DNA of 32,029 nt, from positions 1-32,029 of the forward strand of contig JAHDGN010000003.1 of the NCBI GenBank assembly GCA_020627645.1, given 5' to 3'. This document shows, in pieces, positions 17,179 to 24,741 of the stretch. The notes beneath the pieces are model-generated. The model was not told the DNA's origin, made no database searches, and saw nothing but the letters and a program-made list of their open reading frames with translations. The DNA comes from Akkermansiaceae bacterium (GTDB lineage Bacteria > Verrucomicrobiota > Verrucomicrobiia > Verrucomicrobiales > Akkermansiaceae). The stretch's first letter is position 1. Every line of letters begins with the position of its first letter. The translations under genes and the position numbers were made by a program.

Positions 17179-18492
17179 GTGAGGTCTATTTTTGTGAGTT
17201 TAGTATTTGTAGGGGTGCTCGGTGCTCGAGAGGTGGATCAACTGGTGAAGGATTTTGTTGGAGATCGCGCTTTGAAGACGGCTTCTGCGGGGCTTGTGGT
17301 GTTACCGATGGAGGGAGGGGACGCTGTGGCTGAATGGGATGGGGACCGGGCTTTGATTCCGGCTTCGGTGATGAAAGCAGTGACGACTGCGACCGCCCTA
17401 CAGATTTTGGGGCCAGATTATGTCTTTGAGACTCGTTTATTCCTAAAAGGGGATGATTTGGTTATTGTTGGGGGAGGGGATCCAACGTTGGGTTCGACAA
17501 GCCTGACTGTTGATTTTGAGGGTTGGGTGAAAGCGTTGAAGAATGCCGGGGTGTCTGAAATTAGAGGGGATGTGATTGGGGATGGTTCGCGCTTTGAGTC
17601 AAGGAGGGCGGTGAATGATTGGCCATGGGGAGACGTCGGGAATTATTATGGAGCGGGACCTTCTGGTTTGAATTTTCATATGAATTCTTTTCGGGTGACC
17701 TTTGCGCCGGGGGTGGTCGGGAAGAGTGCTTCTTTGAGAAGTGTGTGGCCCAAACCTCCAGGGGTGGTTTTTGAGAATTTTATGAAGACGGGGCCGGCTG
17801 GGAGTGGTGATCGTGGCTATGTGTATGGAGGGCCAGGAGCGAAACGGATGTCGTTTAGAGGGAGCGTTCCTGCTGGTGGAGAATTTTCGATCCGAGGGGC
17901 TTTACCAGATCCGGCTCTACTTTGCGTTGAGTCGCTGAGAGATTATCTTGAAACGGAAGGGATCGCTGTTTTGGGGCAAGCTTTAGTGGAAAAGCGGGAG
18001 GTTCGAGGGTTGAAGCCGTTGGCTGTGACCAAGAGTCCGTCGTTGTTGAAGATCATTGAGGGAACAAATCGTCGGAGTGTGAATTTGTACGCTGATTCAA
18101 TCTTTAAGGCACTCACGACAAGTGGAACGACTGAGGCGTCGTCTTGGAAGTTGCGCGAGCACTGGAAAAAGCAAGGGGTTGATCTCACGGGATTTACGAT
18201 TCACGACGGTTCGGGATTGTCTCCGAGAGGGACGGTAACAGCCCGGCAAATTGCGGAGATTTTGCGTCTGGCCCGGAAACATGCAACGGGAGATCAGTTT
18301 TATCGATCTTTGCCTTCAAGATTTGGGGGGAGAGCGAAATCGGGTAGCATGACGAGGGTTCGATCATTTGGCGGGTATTTTGTGGCAAAAAGTGGGAAGG
18401 AATTTGTTTTTGTCGTGATGGTTAATAATCAAGTTTCAAGCGTAAGTGGGGCTATTGATCGGGTCGTTTTGGGGCTTAAAAACGTTTTGTAG
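17179..18492 (+). CDS. dacB: D-alanyl-D-alanine carboxypeptidase/endopeptidase, PBP4 (peptidase S13) family
   Basis: GTG start with a signal peptide. The SxxK motif is PASVMKAVTTATAL, the SxN motif is RRSVNLYAD and the K[TS]G motif is AKSGSM. Length is typical for PBP4. Confidence 0.85.
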   Translation: MRSIFVSLVFVGVLGAREVDQLVKDFVGDRALKTASAGLVVLPMEGGDAVAEWDGDRALIPASVMKAVTTATALQILGPDYVFETRLFLKGDDLVIVGGGDPTLGSTSLTVDFEGWVKALKNAGVSEIRGDVIGDGSRFESRRAVNDWPWGDVGNYYGAGPSGLNFHMNSFRVTFAPGVVGKSASLRSVWPKPPGVVFENFMKTGPAGSGDRGYVYGGPGAKRMSFRGSVPAGGEFSIRGALPDPALLCVESLRDYLETEGIAVLGQALVEKREVRGLKPLAVTKSPSLLKIIEGTNRRSVNLYADSIFKALTTSGTTEASSWKLREHWKKQGVDLTGFTIHDGSGLSPRGTVTARQIAEILRLARKHATGDQFYRSLPSRFGGRAKSGSMTRVRSFGGYFVAKSGKEFVFVVMVNNQVSSVSGAIDRVVLGLKNVL

Positions 18493-18549
18493 GTTTCTTT
18501 TCGAATAATTTGGCGCTATGGTTCGTTAATTCTAGACATAGCAGGTAAA

Positions 18550-19557
18550 ATGAAAGCGGGGTTAATTTTTCAAGTCATATTCGTCCTTCCACTATTTCTT
18601 TGTGTTTCTTGCAAACGCGCGGATGTGAATCATCAGATTTCTGAACAAGCATTAGATGACCTTCAGGGGCAAGTTTCCGATTTGGCAAAGGATCTCGCTG
18701 CTCTGGGAGAAAGAAAAGAAAGTCTTCATGTTAACAATGACAAGCTCGTTGGGGAGTTGACTCAGTTAGTGAAGGATCTGGAGAGCAAGATTAAGAAGTT
18801 GGAGGAAAAACGAGTTTCTGTATCGGAGGATGGTGAAAAGGCCGATGTTGAGGAGCTAAGGAGGGTGGCGAGAGAAAAAGTGATCGGGGAAACTCACGCG
18901 AAGCTGGTCACGACATCAGGGAAGAAATTTTCCAATGTGAAAGTGATGAAAGTGACTGATTATGGGGTGACGTTCCGATACAAGAATCGTTTTTTGAGGG
19001 TTCCTTATTGGGAATTGCCTCAGACCTGGCACGAGCGTCTTTTTGTTGACTGGGAGAAGGTAGCAATTGCGCAAGAGGAGAATCTTGCGAAGAAGGAGAA
19101 GAGTAAAAAGGAGAAGAAAGAGAAAGAGAAGGTCGAGAAAGGGAGGGATGAGATGATGATGGAGGTTCTGGAAAGGTTGAAAAATTTGGAAGCAAAGAGA
19201 GCGAATGAGGGAGGTTTTCAAGAGCGAAACGAAATTGTTATTCGTGATCACTTGGTTGAGCCTGATCGAGTGATTGTGGTTCCTCACGAAAGGACAATCA
19301 TTCGAGAGGTGCCGAGGGTGGATCCGTTTCGCACTAGACCCAGCGTGAGGCCTCGTCCAACGATTCGCCCGACTCCGAGGCCTAGTCGGCCTTCAGGTGG
19401 ACAGGTGACTCCTTATCGGCCGACGAATCGTCCGGTTGGACGGCCGACCAGCCGCCCGACTCCTTCAAGTCGGCCGGTCGTGACTCCGCCTAGTCGTCCG
19501 GTTGTCCCGTCTCGGCCGACCAATCGTCCAGTGGTTACTCGGCCGACTCGGAAGTAA
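18550..19557 (+). CDS. Secreted or membrane-anchored coiled-coil protein with a K/E-rich tract and a C-terminal Arg-Pro repeat tail; function unknown
   Basis: ATG start with hydrophobic N-terminus MKAGLIFQVIFVLPLFLCVSC. A heptad-like region spans about aa 30-95. The charged tract is KKEKSKKEKKEKEKVEK. The last ~75 aa are RP[TSV]-type repeats. Confidence 0.75.
   Translation: MKAGLIFQVIFVLPLFLCVSCKRADVNHQISEQALDDLQGQVSDLAKDLAALGERKESLHVNNDKLVGELTQLVKDLESKIKKLEEKRVSVSEDGEKADVEELRRVAREKVIGETHAKLVTTSGKKFSNVKVMKVTDYGVTFRYKNRFLRVPYWELPQTWHERLFVDWEKVAIAQEENLAKKEKSKKEKKEKEKVEKGRDEMMMEVLERLKNLEAKRANEGGFQERNEIVIRDHLVEPDRVIVVPHERTIIREVPRVDPFRTRPSVRPRPTIRPTPRPSRPSGGQVTPYRPTNRPVGRPTSRPTPSSRPVVTPPSRPVVPSRPTNRPVVTRPTRK
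19321..19554 (+). repeat. Imperfect in-frame short repeats (CGGCCGAC / CGTCC units) encoding the RPx low-complexity tail
   Basis: Units such as cggccgacgaatcgtccggt, cggccgaccagccgcccgac and cggccgaccaatcgtccagt recur. The translation is RPSVRPRPTIRPTPRPSRPS...RPTNRPVGRPTSRPTPSSRPVVTPPSRPVVPSRPTNRPVVTRPTRK. Confidence 0.7.
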
Positions 19558-19613
19558 GTCATTTGGTTGAGCATCAGTTGCCTGATGAGGAAAGTTTTGG
19601 TAGCTTCCTCGGC

Positions 19614-20105
19614 ATGGACGCAGTTCAAGCTGAGGTGAAGCGTCTTTTCGTTTCACCGGGTCACAACTACTATGGGAGGCATGGGAAGGGCTCTGAAAGC
19701 TTTCAGATTAATGCTCAGGAGGAGATTGAGTTGGTGGCTGGACGAGGAGTCGTTGGAGATCGTTTTTTTGATTATAAGGAGGACTATAAAGGTCAGGTCA
19801 CCTTTTTTGATTGGGCTGTTTATGAATTGGTGCGCGATCACTTTGAGTTGGAAGAATTGGAGCCTTCTGCTTTTCGTAGAAATGTGTTGATCGAGGGAGT
19901 TGATTTGAACGGATTGATCGGGCGGAGATTTCGCATAGGCAATGTGGAGTTTACTGGGAGTGAGGAGGCGAAGCCATGTTATTGGATGGATGAGGCTTGT
20001 GCCCCGGGCGCCGAGGAGTTTTTGAAGGGACGAGGTGGCCTCCGTTGTCGTATTGTTCAGGGGGGGAAATTAGAGAAAGGAAATCAGGAATTGCTAAGAA
20101 TATGA
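19614..20105 (+). CDS. MOSC domain-containing protein
   Basis: The sequence LFVSPGHNYYGRHG...GRGVVGDRFFD...FRRNVLIEGVDLNGLIGRRFRIGNVEFTGSEEAKPCYWMDEA...LRCRIVQGGKL is a typical MOSC beta-barrel with the conserved Cys. The ORF track starts at a TTG at 19563; the ATG at 19614 seems more plausible. Confidence 0.8.
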   Translation: MDAVQAEVKRLFVSPGHNYYGRHGKGSESFQINAQEEIELVAGRGVVGDRFFDYKEDYKGQVTFFDWAVYELVRDHFELEELEPSAFRRNVLIEGVDLNGLIGRRFRIGNVEFTGSEEAKPCYWMDEACAPGAEEFLKGRGGLRCRIVQGGKLEKGNQELLRI

Positions 20106-20446
20106 TTGAGAATGGAGTGGGGTCCTCGGATGAGATGAGATATGGGATGTTGGGGGATGATGAGACGACGACTGAAGAGAAGCTGACGAAGTATTTGGGG
20201 GAGATAGGGTGGGAATATCTGAAGGAACATTATGAGGCTGGGGTGTTGTTTTTTGTGGATCAGAGATTGTCATTGGAAGAGGTCGGGGTTGCGTTTGCAG
20301 ACGACCAAAAGGAAGTCGTAGAAAGTTGGTTGAAGGCTGGGGACCTAGTGAAAATTGAAGAGCTACATGCTGCGCAGTGGGAGGGGGGAAAGCAGGTGTT
20401 TGTGGCCTTGGTGGTTTCTCCGTTTGTTTTGTGTCGGCCAATTTGA
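20102..20446 (+). CDS. DUF2288-like small protein
   Basis: The ATG at 20102 overlaps the MOSC stop as ATGA. The sequence IGWEYLKEHYEAGVLFFVDQRLSLEEVGVAFADDQKEVVESWLKAGDLVK...VFVALVVSPFVLCRP matches the DUF2288 pattern as I recall it. The upstream part of ORF 19997.. overlaps the MOSC gene and is unlikely to be translated. Confidence 0.65.
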   Translation: MIENGVGSSDEMRYGMLGDDETTTEEKLTKYLGEIGWEYLKEHYEAGVLFFVDQRLSLEEVGVAFADDQKEVVESWLKAGDLVKIEELHAAQWEGGKQVFVALVVSPFVLCRPI

Positions 20447-20449
20447 TCA

Positions 20450-21502
20450 ATGTTGAATAGGAGTCAAATCGAGGAGGTTTTGGAGGGGTTGGGGCAGCCT
20501 AAGTACCGAGGAACGCAAGTATTGGAGTGGATCTATGGGAAGAGGGCGGGATCATGGGATGAGATGAGCAACTTACCCAAAGATTTGCGGGATGCGTTGT
20601 CGAGTCAGTATTCACTGAGGCCATTAAAGCATGTCTTAACGAAAGGTGCGGATGATACAACGCGGAAGTATCTTTTAGAGTTGGGCGATGGTCGGTATGT
20701 GGAAACTGTTCTCATCCCTGCCTCGCCTGGCTTGTGGGGTGAGCGATCGGACCGCTATACATTGTGTGTGTCCTCGCAGGTGGGTTGCGCATACGGGTGT
20801 CGATTTTGCGCTTCGGGCCTTGATGGTTTTACGAGAAATTTGACTGCTGCCGAAATTGTTTCTCAAATTATTTTGGTCGAAGAGCTGTCGGGTGAGAAGG
20901 TGAATAATTTGGTTTTTATGGGAATGGGGGAGCCATTGGCAAATTATCGGAACTTGGTCGAAGCATTGGAGATGATTACGGCGGATTGGGGGTTAAATAT
21001 TGGAGCTCGAAGAATCACGGTTTCGACTTCGGGGTTGGTACCTCAGATCAAAAAATTGGCTGAATTGCGACAGCAGATTCGATTGGCAATTTCCTTGCAT
21101 GGACCTGATGATGTGACCCGAGATCAGATCATGCCAATCAATCGGAAGTATCCGGTGGAGGAGTTGATGGGGGCGCTCAAAGTATGGAGTGAGAAGAAGA
21201 AACAGAAAATCACGTTAGAGTATATTTTGATTGAAGGTGTGAATGCGGGTGTTGAGCAGGCACGTTTGCTCACCGAAAGGGCGCGAGGGTTAAATGCTAA
21301 GGTCAATTTGATTCCTTACAATAAGGTGGAAGGGTTGGAGTGGGTGAGGCCTTCGGATGGAGCTTGTCAAAGTTTTCGGCGGGTTTTGACGCAGGGTGGA
21401 GTTCCTGCGACTCTTCGCTTGGAGAAGGGACATGATATCGATGCTGCTTGTGGTCAGTTGCGGTTGAAGAAGGAAGGAGAGAAAAAACAGGAGCCGAGTT
21501 AA
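20450..21502 (+). CDS. rlmN: 23S rRNA (adenine2503-C2)-methyltransferase, radical SAM
   Basis: YRGTQVLEWIY is an RlmN-type N-terminal segment. Other matches are CVSSQVGCAYGCRFCASG (CxxxCxxC), GMGEPLANY, TVSTSG, AISLHGP and ACGQL. Confidence 0.92.
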   Translation: MLNRSQIEEVLEGLGQPKYRGTQVLEWIYGKRAGSWDEMSNLPKDLRDALSSQYSLRPLKHVLTKGADDTTRKYLLELGDGRYVETVLIPASPGLWGERSDRYTLCVSSQVGCAYGCRFCASGLDGFTRNLTAAEIVSQIILVEELSGEKVNNLVFMGMGEPLANYRNLVEALEMITADWGLNIGARRITVSTSGLVPQIKKLAELRQQIRLAISLHGPDDVTRDQIMPINRKYPVEELMGALKVWSEKKKQKITLEYILIEGVNAGVEQARLLTERARGLNAKVNLIPYNKVEGLEWVRPSDGACQSFRRVLTQGGVPATLRLEKGHDIDAACGQLRLKKEGEKKQEPS

Positions 21503-21614
21503 GGGCGCCTTCTGTCACCTCATTTTGCAAATCTGTTGATCGGACGATGAATCATCCATCGTGCTGGTGAATTTCTCGCTGTCATTGGTAGTGAGTGCGA
21601 GTTTATTTTGAATC

Positions 21615-22334
21615 ATGATCATGAGATTTGTTATTTATTTGATAGTGGTAGGGATGAGTTTGGGAAGTGCTTTGAAGGGCGATGAGGTTGGTGTTCATTT
21701 ATTTGTGCTCTCAGGTCAGTCGAATATGGCTGCGATGGACCCGAAGGATTCTTTTGCTCCTGCTGTTGAGGCTGAGTTTGGGAAGGAGAAGGTGTTGATT
21801 GTGAAGGATGCGGTGAGTGGTCAACCGATTCGTCGTTGGTATCGAGATTGGAAACCGAAGAGAGGGGGTGAGCCGAGAGCGAAGTCAGATTTGTATGATC
21901 GCTTGATGAAAAAAGTGAAAGCGGGGATTAAGGGTAAGAAGATTGCTTCGGTGACTTTTGTTTGGATGCAGGGGGAGAGAGATGCGAAAGAAAAGCATGG
22001 GGAGGTGTATGAGAAAAGTTTGAAGGGGCTCATTGACCAGGTAGAAGAGGATCTTGGTCAAGAAGAGGTCAATTTTGTGATTGGGCGGCTTAGCGATTTT
22101 GATCTGAAGAATCGAAGGTATCATCACTGGACTAAAGTTCGTAAAGCCCAAGAGAAGGTTGTGAAGGGTTCAGATCGAGGTGCTTTGGTTAATACTGATG
22201 ATTTGAATGATGGGGTCAACCGGAGAGGGAAGGAGATCAAAAATGATCTCCATTACTTCAAGAAAGGTTATGAGGTTTTGGGGGAGAGATTTGCGAAGGA
22301 AGCGATCAAGCTCATTAAGCGACACAAAAATTGA
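21615..22334 (+). CDS. Small secreted SASA/DUF303-type (sialate O-acetylesterase-like, SGNH) esterase, catalytic domain only
   Basis: It has a signal peptide. Esterase blocks are HLFVLSGQSNMAAM, FVWMQGERDA and NDLHY near the C-terminus. Confidence 0.8.
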   Translation: MIMRFVIYLIVVGMSLGSALKGDEVGVHLFVLSGQSNMAAMDPKDSFAPAVEAEFGKEKVLIVKDAVSGQPIRRWYRDWKPKRGGEPRAKSDLYDRLMKKVKAGIKGKKIASVTFVWMQGERDAKEKHGEVYEKSLKGLIDQVEEDLGQEEVNFVIGRLSDFDLKNRRYHHWTKVRKAQEKVVKGSDRGALVNTDDLNDGVNRRGKEIKNDLHYFKKGYEVLGERFAKEAIKLIKRHKN

Positions 22335-22372
22335 CGTTTTGGTAACTGGAGTCGCTTCCCCTGGTTCGCTGA

Positions 22373-23569
22373 TTAGATCACCCCAAGCTCTTTGCCCGTC
22401 TCGATGAAAGCTTCGAGAGCTTTGTCTAGGTGTTCTTTGGTGTGAGCGGCTGAGATTTGGGTGCGAATGCGGGCTTTTTCTTGTGGGACGACTGGGTAGA
22501 AGAAGCCGATGGCGTAGATATCTTTTTCGAGAAGTTTTTGGGAGAATTTCTGAGAGAGGGCGGCGTCGCCTAGGAGGACGGGAGAGATCGGATGATCTTG
22601 GCCAAGAATGGTGAAGCCGGTCGAGGCGAGGTGGTCGCGGAAGTATTTGGTGTTGTTTTTGACACGATCAGCAAGTTCAGTGGAGTTGGTGAGAAGTTCG
22701 AGAACCTTGAGTGAAGCAGCAACGATTGGGGGGGCGATTGAGTTGGAGAAGAGGTAGGGTCGAGAGCGTTGGCGGAGGAGGTCGATGATCTCCTTTTTGC
22801 CGGAGGTGTATCCTCCGGATGCCCCGCCGAGGGCTTTTCCGAGAGTGCCGGTGGTGATATCAATTTTTCCGAAAAGGCCGCAGTGCTCGTGGGTGCCGCG
22901 TCCTCGTTCCCCAAGGAACCCGGTTGAGTGGCAGTCATCGAAGTGAACGATGGCATTGTATTTGTTGGCGAGAGCGTGGATTCCGGCGAGGTCGGCAATG
23001 ACTCCGTCCATTGAGAATGAACCGTCGGTTGTGATGAGTTTGAAGCGAGCGCCAGCAGCGTCTGCTTCTTGGAGTTTTGTTTCGAGATCTTGGAGGTCGT
23101 TGTTGTTGTAGCGGAATCGTTTTGCCTTGCAGAGGCGGACACCATCAATGATGGAGGCGTGGTTGAGGGAGTCGGAGATGACTGCGTCATCAGCGGTGAG
23201 GAGAACCTCGAAGAGTCCTCCATTTGCGTCGAAGCAGGAGGGGTAGAGAATGGTGTCTTCGGTGCCGAGGTATTGGGAGAGGGCTTCTTCAAGTTGACGA
23301 TGGAGGGTTTGGGTGCCGCAAATGAAGCGAACAGACGCCACTCCAAACCCGTGACTATCGAGGGCTTGTCGGGCGGCTTGGCAAACTTCGGGATGATTGG
23401 CTAGGCCGAGGTAGTTATTGGCGCACATGTTGATGACTGTGCGTCCGTCTTCGAGGGTGACTTCCGCATCCTGAGAGGATGCGATGAAGCGTTCACGTTT
23501 GTAGAGGCCAGCTGCGTCAATTTCAGTAAGAGTGGACTTGAGATGGTTTTGGAAATTTTCTGTGATCAT
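22373..23569 (-). CDS. kbl: Glycine C-acetyltransferase (2-amino-3-ketobutyrate CoA ligase)
   Basis: It is colinear by eye with E. coli Kbl. Matches include [52 protein letters not shown] (PLP lysine), RPYLFSNS and FFYPVVP. Confidence 0.93.
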   Translation of the reverse strand: MITENFQNHLKSTLTEIDAAGLYKRERFIASSQDAEVTLEDGRTVINMCANNYLGLANHPEVCQAARQALDSHGFGVASVRFICGTQTLHRQLEEALSQYLGTEDTILYPSCFDANGGLFEVLLTADDAVISDSLNHASIIDGVRLCKAKRFRYNNNDLQDLETKLQEADAAGARFKLITTDGSFSMDGVIADLAGIHALANKYNAIVHFDDCHSTGFLGERGRGTHEHCGLFGKIDITTGTLGKALGGASGGYTSGKKEIIDLLRQRSRPYLFSNSIAPPIVAASLKVLELLTNSTELADRVKNNTKYFRDHLASTGFTILGQDHPISPVLLGDAALSQKFSQKLLEKDIYAIGFFYPVVPQEKARIRTQISAAHTKEHLDKALEAFIETGKELGVI

Positions 23570-23620
23570 TGAATCAAATAGCTGAGGGTGGTTGTTAAGT
23601 TATAAAAAGTGATCGATTCA

Positions 23621-24649
23621 TTAGTCGGCCCAGTTGAGGATGACTTTTCCACAAGAGCCTTCGGACATTGCTTCGAAGCCTTTCTCGAATTCGGTATAGT
23701 GGAAGTGATGAGTGATGACTGGTTCGATATTGAGGCCAGATTGAACCATTGATGTCATCTGATACCATGTTTCGTACATTTGGCGTCCATAGATGCCTTT
23801 GATCGTCAGAGAGTTGAAGATGACTTGGTTCCAGTCGATGCCAATGCCTGGTTCGGGAATTCCAAGAAGGGCAATTTGTCCGGAATGCCTCATGTTGGCG
23901 ATGAGATCATTGAAGGCGTGTTTGTTGCCAGACATTTCAAGGCCGACATCGAAGCCTTCTTTCATTCGAAGTTCCTTTTGGACGTCAGGCAGTTTCTCCT
24001 TGGTGACATCGACAGTGCGGGTGGCGCCGAGTTTTTGGGCGAGTTCGAGTCGTTGAGGGTTGAGGTCGGTGACGACGACATGGCGTGCTCCGGCGTGTTT
24101 CGCGATGGCAGCAGCCATGCAGCCGATAGGGCCTGCGCCAGTGATGAGAACATCTTCTCCAAGAAGAGGGAAGGCGAGAGCGGTATGGGTGGCGTTGCCG
24201 AAGGGGTCCATGATGGCGGCAACGTCTTTGGAAATTTCTGGTGCAAGTTTCCAAACGTTCGTGGCGGGGAGAACAAGGTATTCGGCAAAAGCCCCAGGCG
24301 AATTAACACCGACTCCCTTCGTGTCTTTACAGTAGTGGCGCCTGCCGGCGAGGCAGTTGCGGCACCGACCACAGATGAGGTGTCCCTCACCGGAAACAAG
24401 GTCGCCTTCTTTCAGGAAATCAACGTCAGGGCCTAGCTCGACAATGGTGCCAACGAATTCGTGTCCCACGACAAGGGGAACGGGGATTGTTTTTTGAGCC
24501 CACTCGTCCCATTTGTAGATGTGGAGATCGGTGCCGCAGATTCCGGTGCGATCGATGCGAATGAGAACCTCCCGCGATCCTGGAGTCGGTTGCGGGACGT
24601 CGGTGAGGGTCAAACCGGGGGCTGCTTCGGCCTTTACAAGAGCTTTCAT
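23621..24649 (-). CDS. tdh: L-threonine 3-dehydrogenase (Zn-dependent)
   Basis: Matches include MKALVK...[32 protein letters not shown], a [15 protein letters not shown] zinc-finger segment and GAGPIG Rossmann motif. It lies 51 nt upstream of kbl on the same strand. Confidence 0.93.
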   Translation of the reverse strand: MKALVKAEAAPGLTLTDVPQPTPGSREVLIRIDRTGICGTDLHIYKWDEWAQKTIPVPLVVGHEFVGTIVELGPDVDFLKEGDLVSGEGHLICGRCRNCLAGRRHYCKDTKGVGVNSPGAFAEYLVLPATNVWKLAPEISKDVAAIMDPFGNATHTALAFPLLGEDVLITGAGPIGCMAAAIAKHAGARHVVVTDLNPQRLELAQKLGATRTVDVTKEKLPDVQKELRMKEGFDVGLEMSGNKHAFNDLIANMRHSGQIALLGIPEPGIGIDWNQVIFNSLTIKGIYGRQMYETWYQMTSMVQSGLNIEPVITHHFHYTEFEKGFEAMSEGSCGKVILNWAD

Positions 24650-24741
24650 GACGTGGATGAGGATGTTTCGTTGGGGCGGATTAAAGCAGATGTTTTGAAT
24701 TGCGCATTAGAAATCGGGTTTTGGTTTCGTAGAAGATTAAG

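Noticed and set aside
19085-19160. Near-pure polypurine tract (possible H-DNA or regulatory element)
   Set aside because: It is fully explained as coding sequence for the Lys/Glu-rich block KKEKSKKEKKEKEKVEKGRDE.
19321-19557. Repetitive DNA that could be mistaken for a CRISPR-like or tandem-repeat locus
   Set aside because: The repeats are short, irregularly spaced and in frame within a long ORF, where they encode an RPx low-complexity tail. There is no repeat-spacer architecture.
22570-23346. 258-aa ORF in an alternative frame of the same strand inside kbl
   Set aside because: It is nested entirely within a kbl gene that matches E. coli Kbl. Its product is Ser/Thr/Pro-rich low complexity, typical of off-frame translation, and it has no start context of its own.
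23780-24436. 218-aa antisense ORF (plus 87-145-aa companions) across tdh
   Set aside because: These are shadow ORFs opposite a confidently identified Zn-dependent threonine dehydrogenase. They contain no recognisable motifs.
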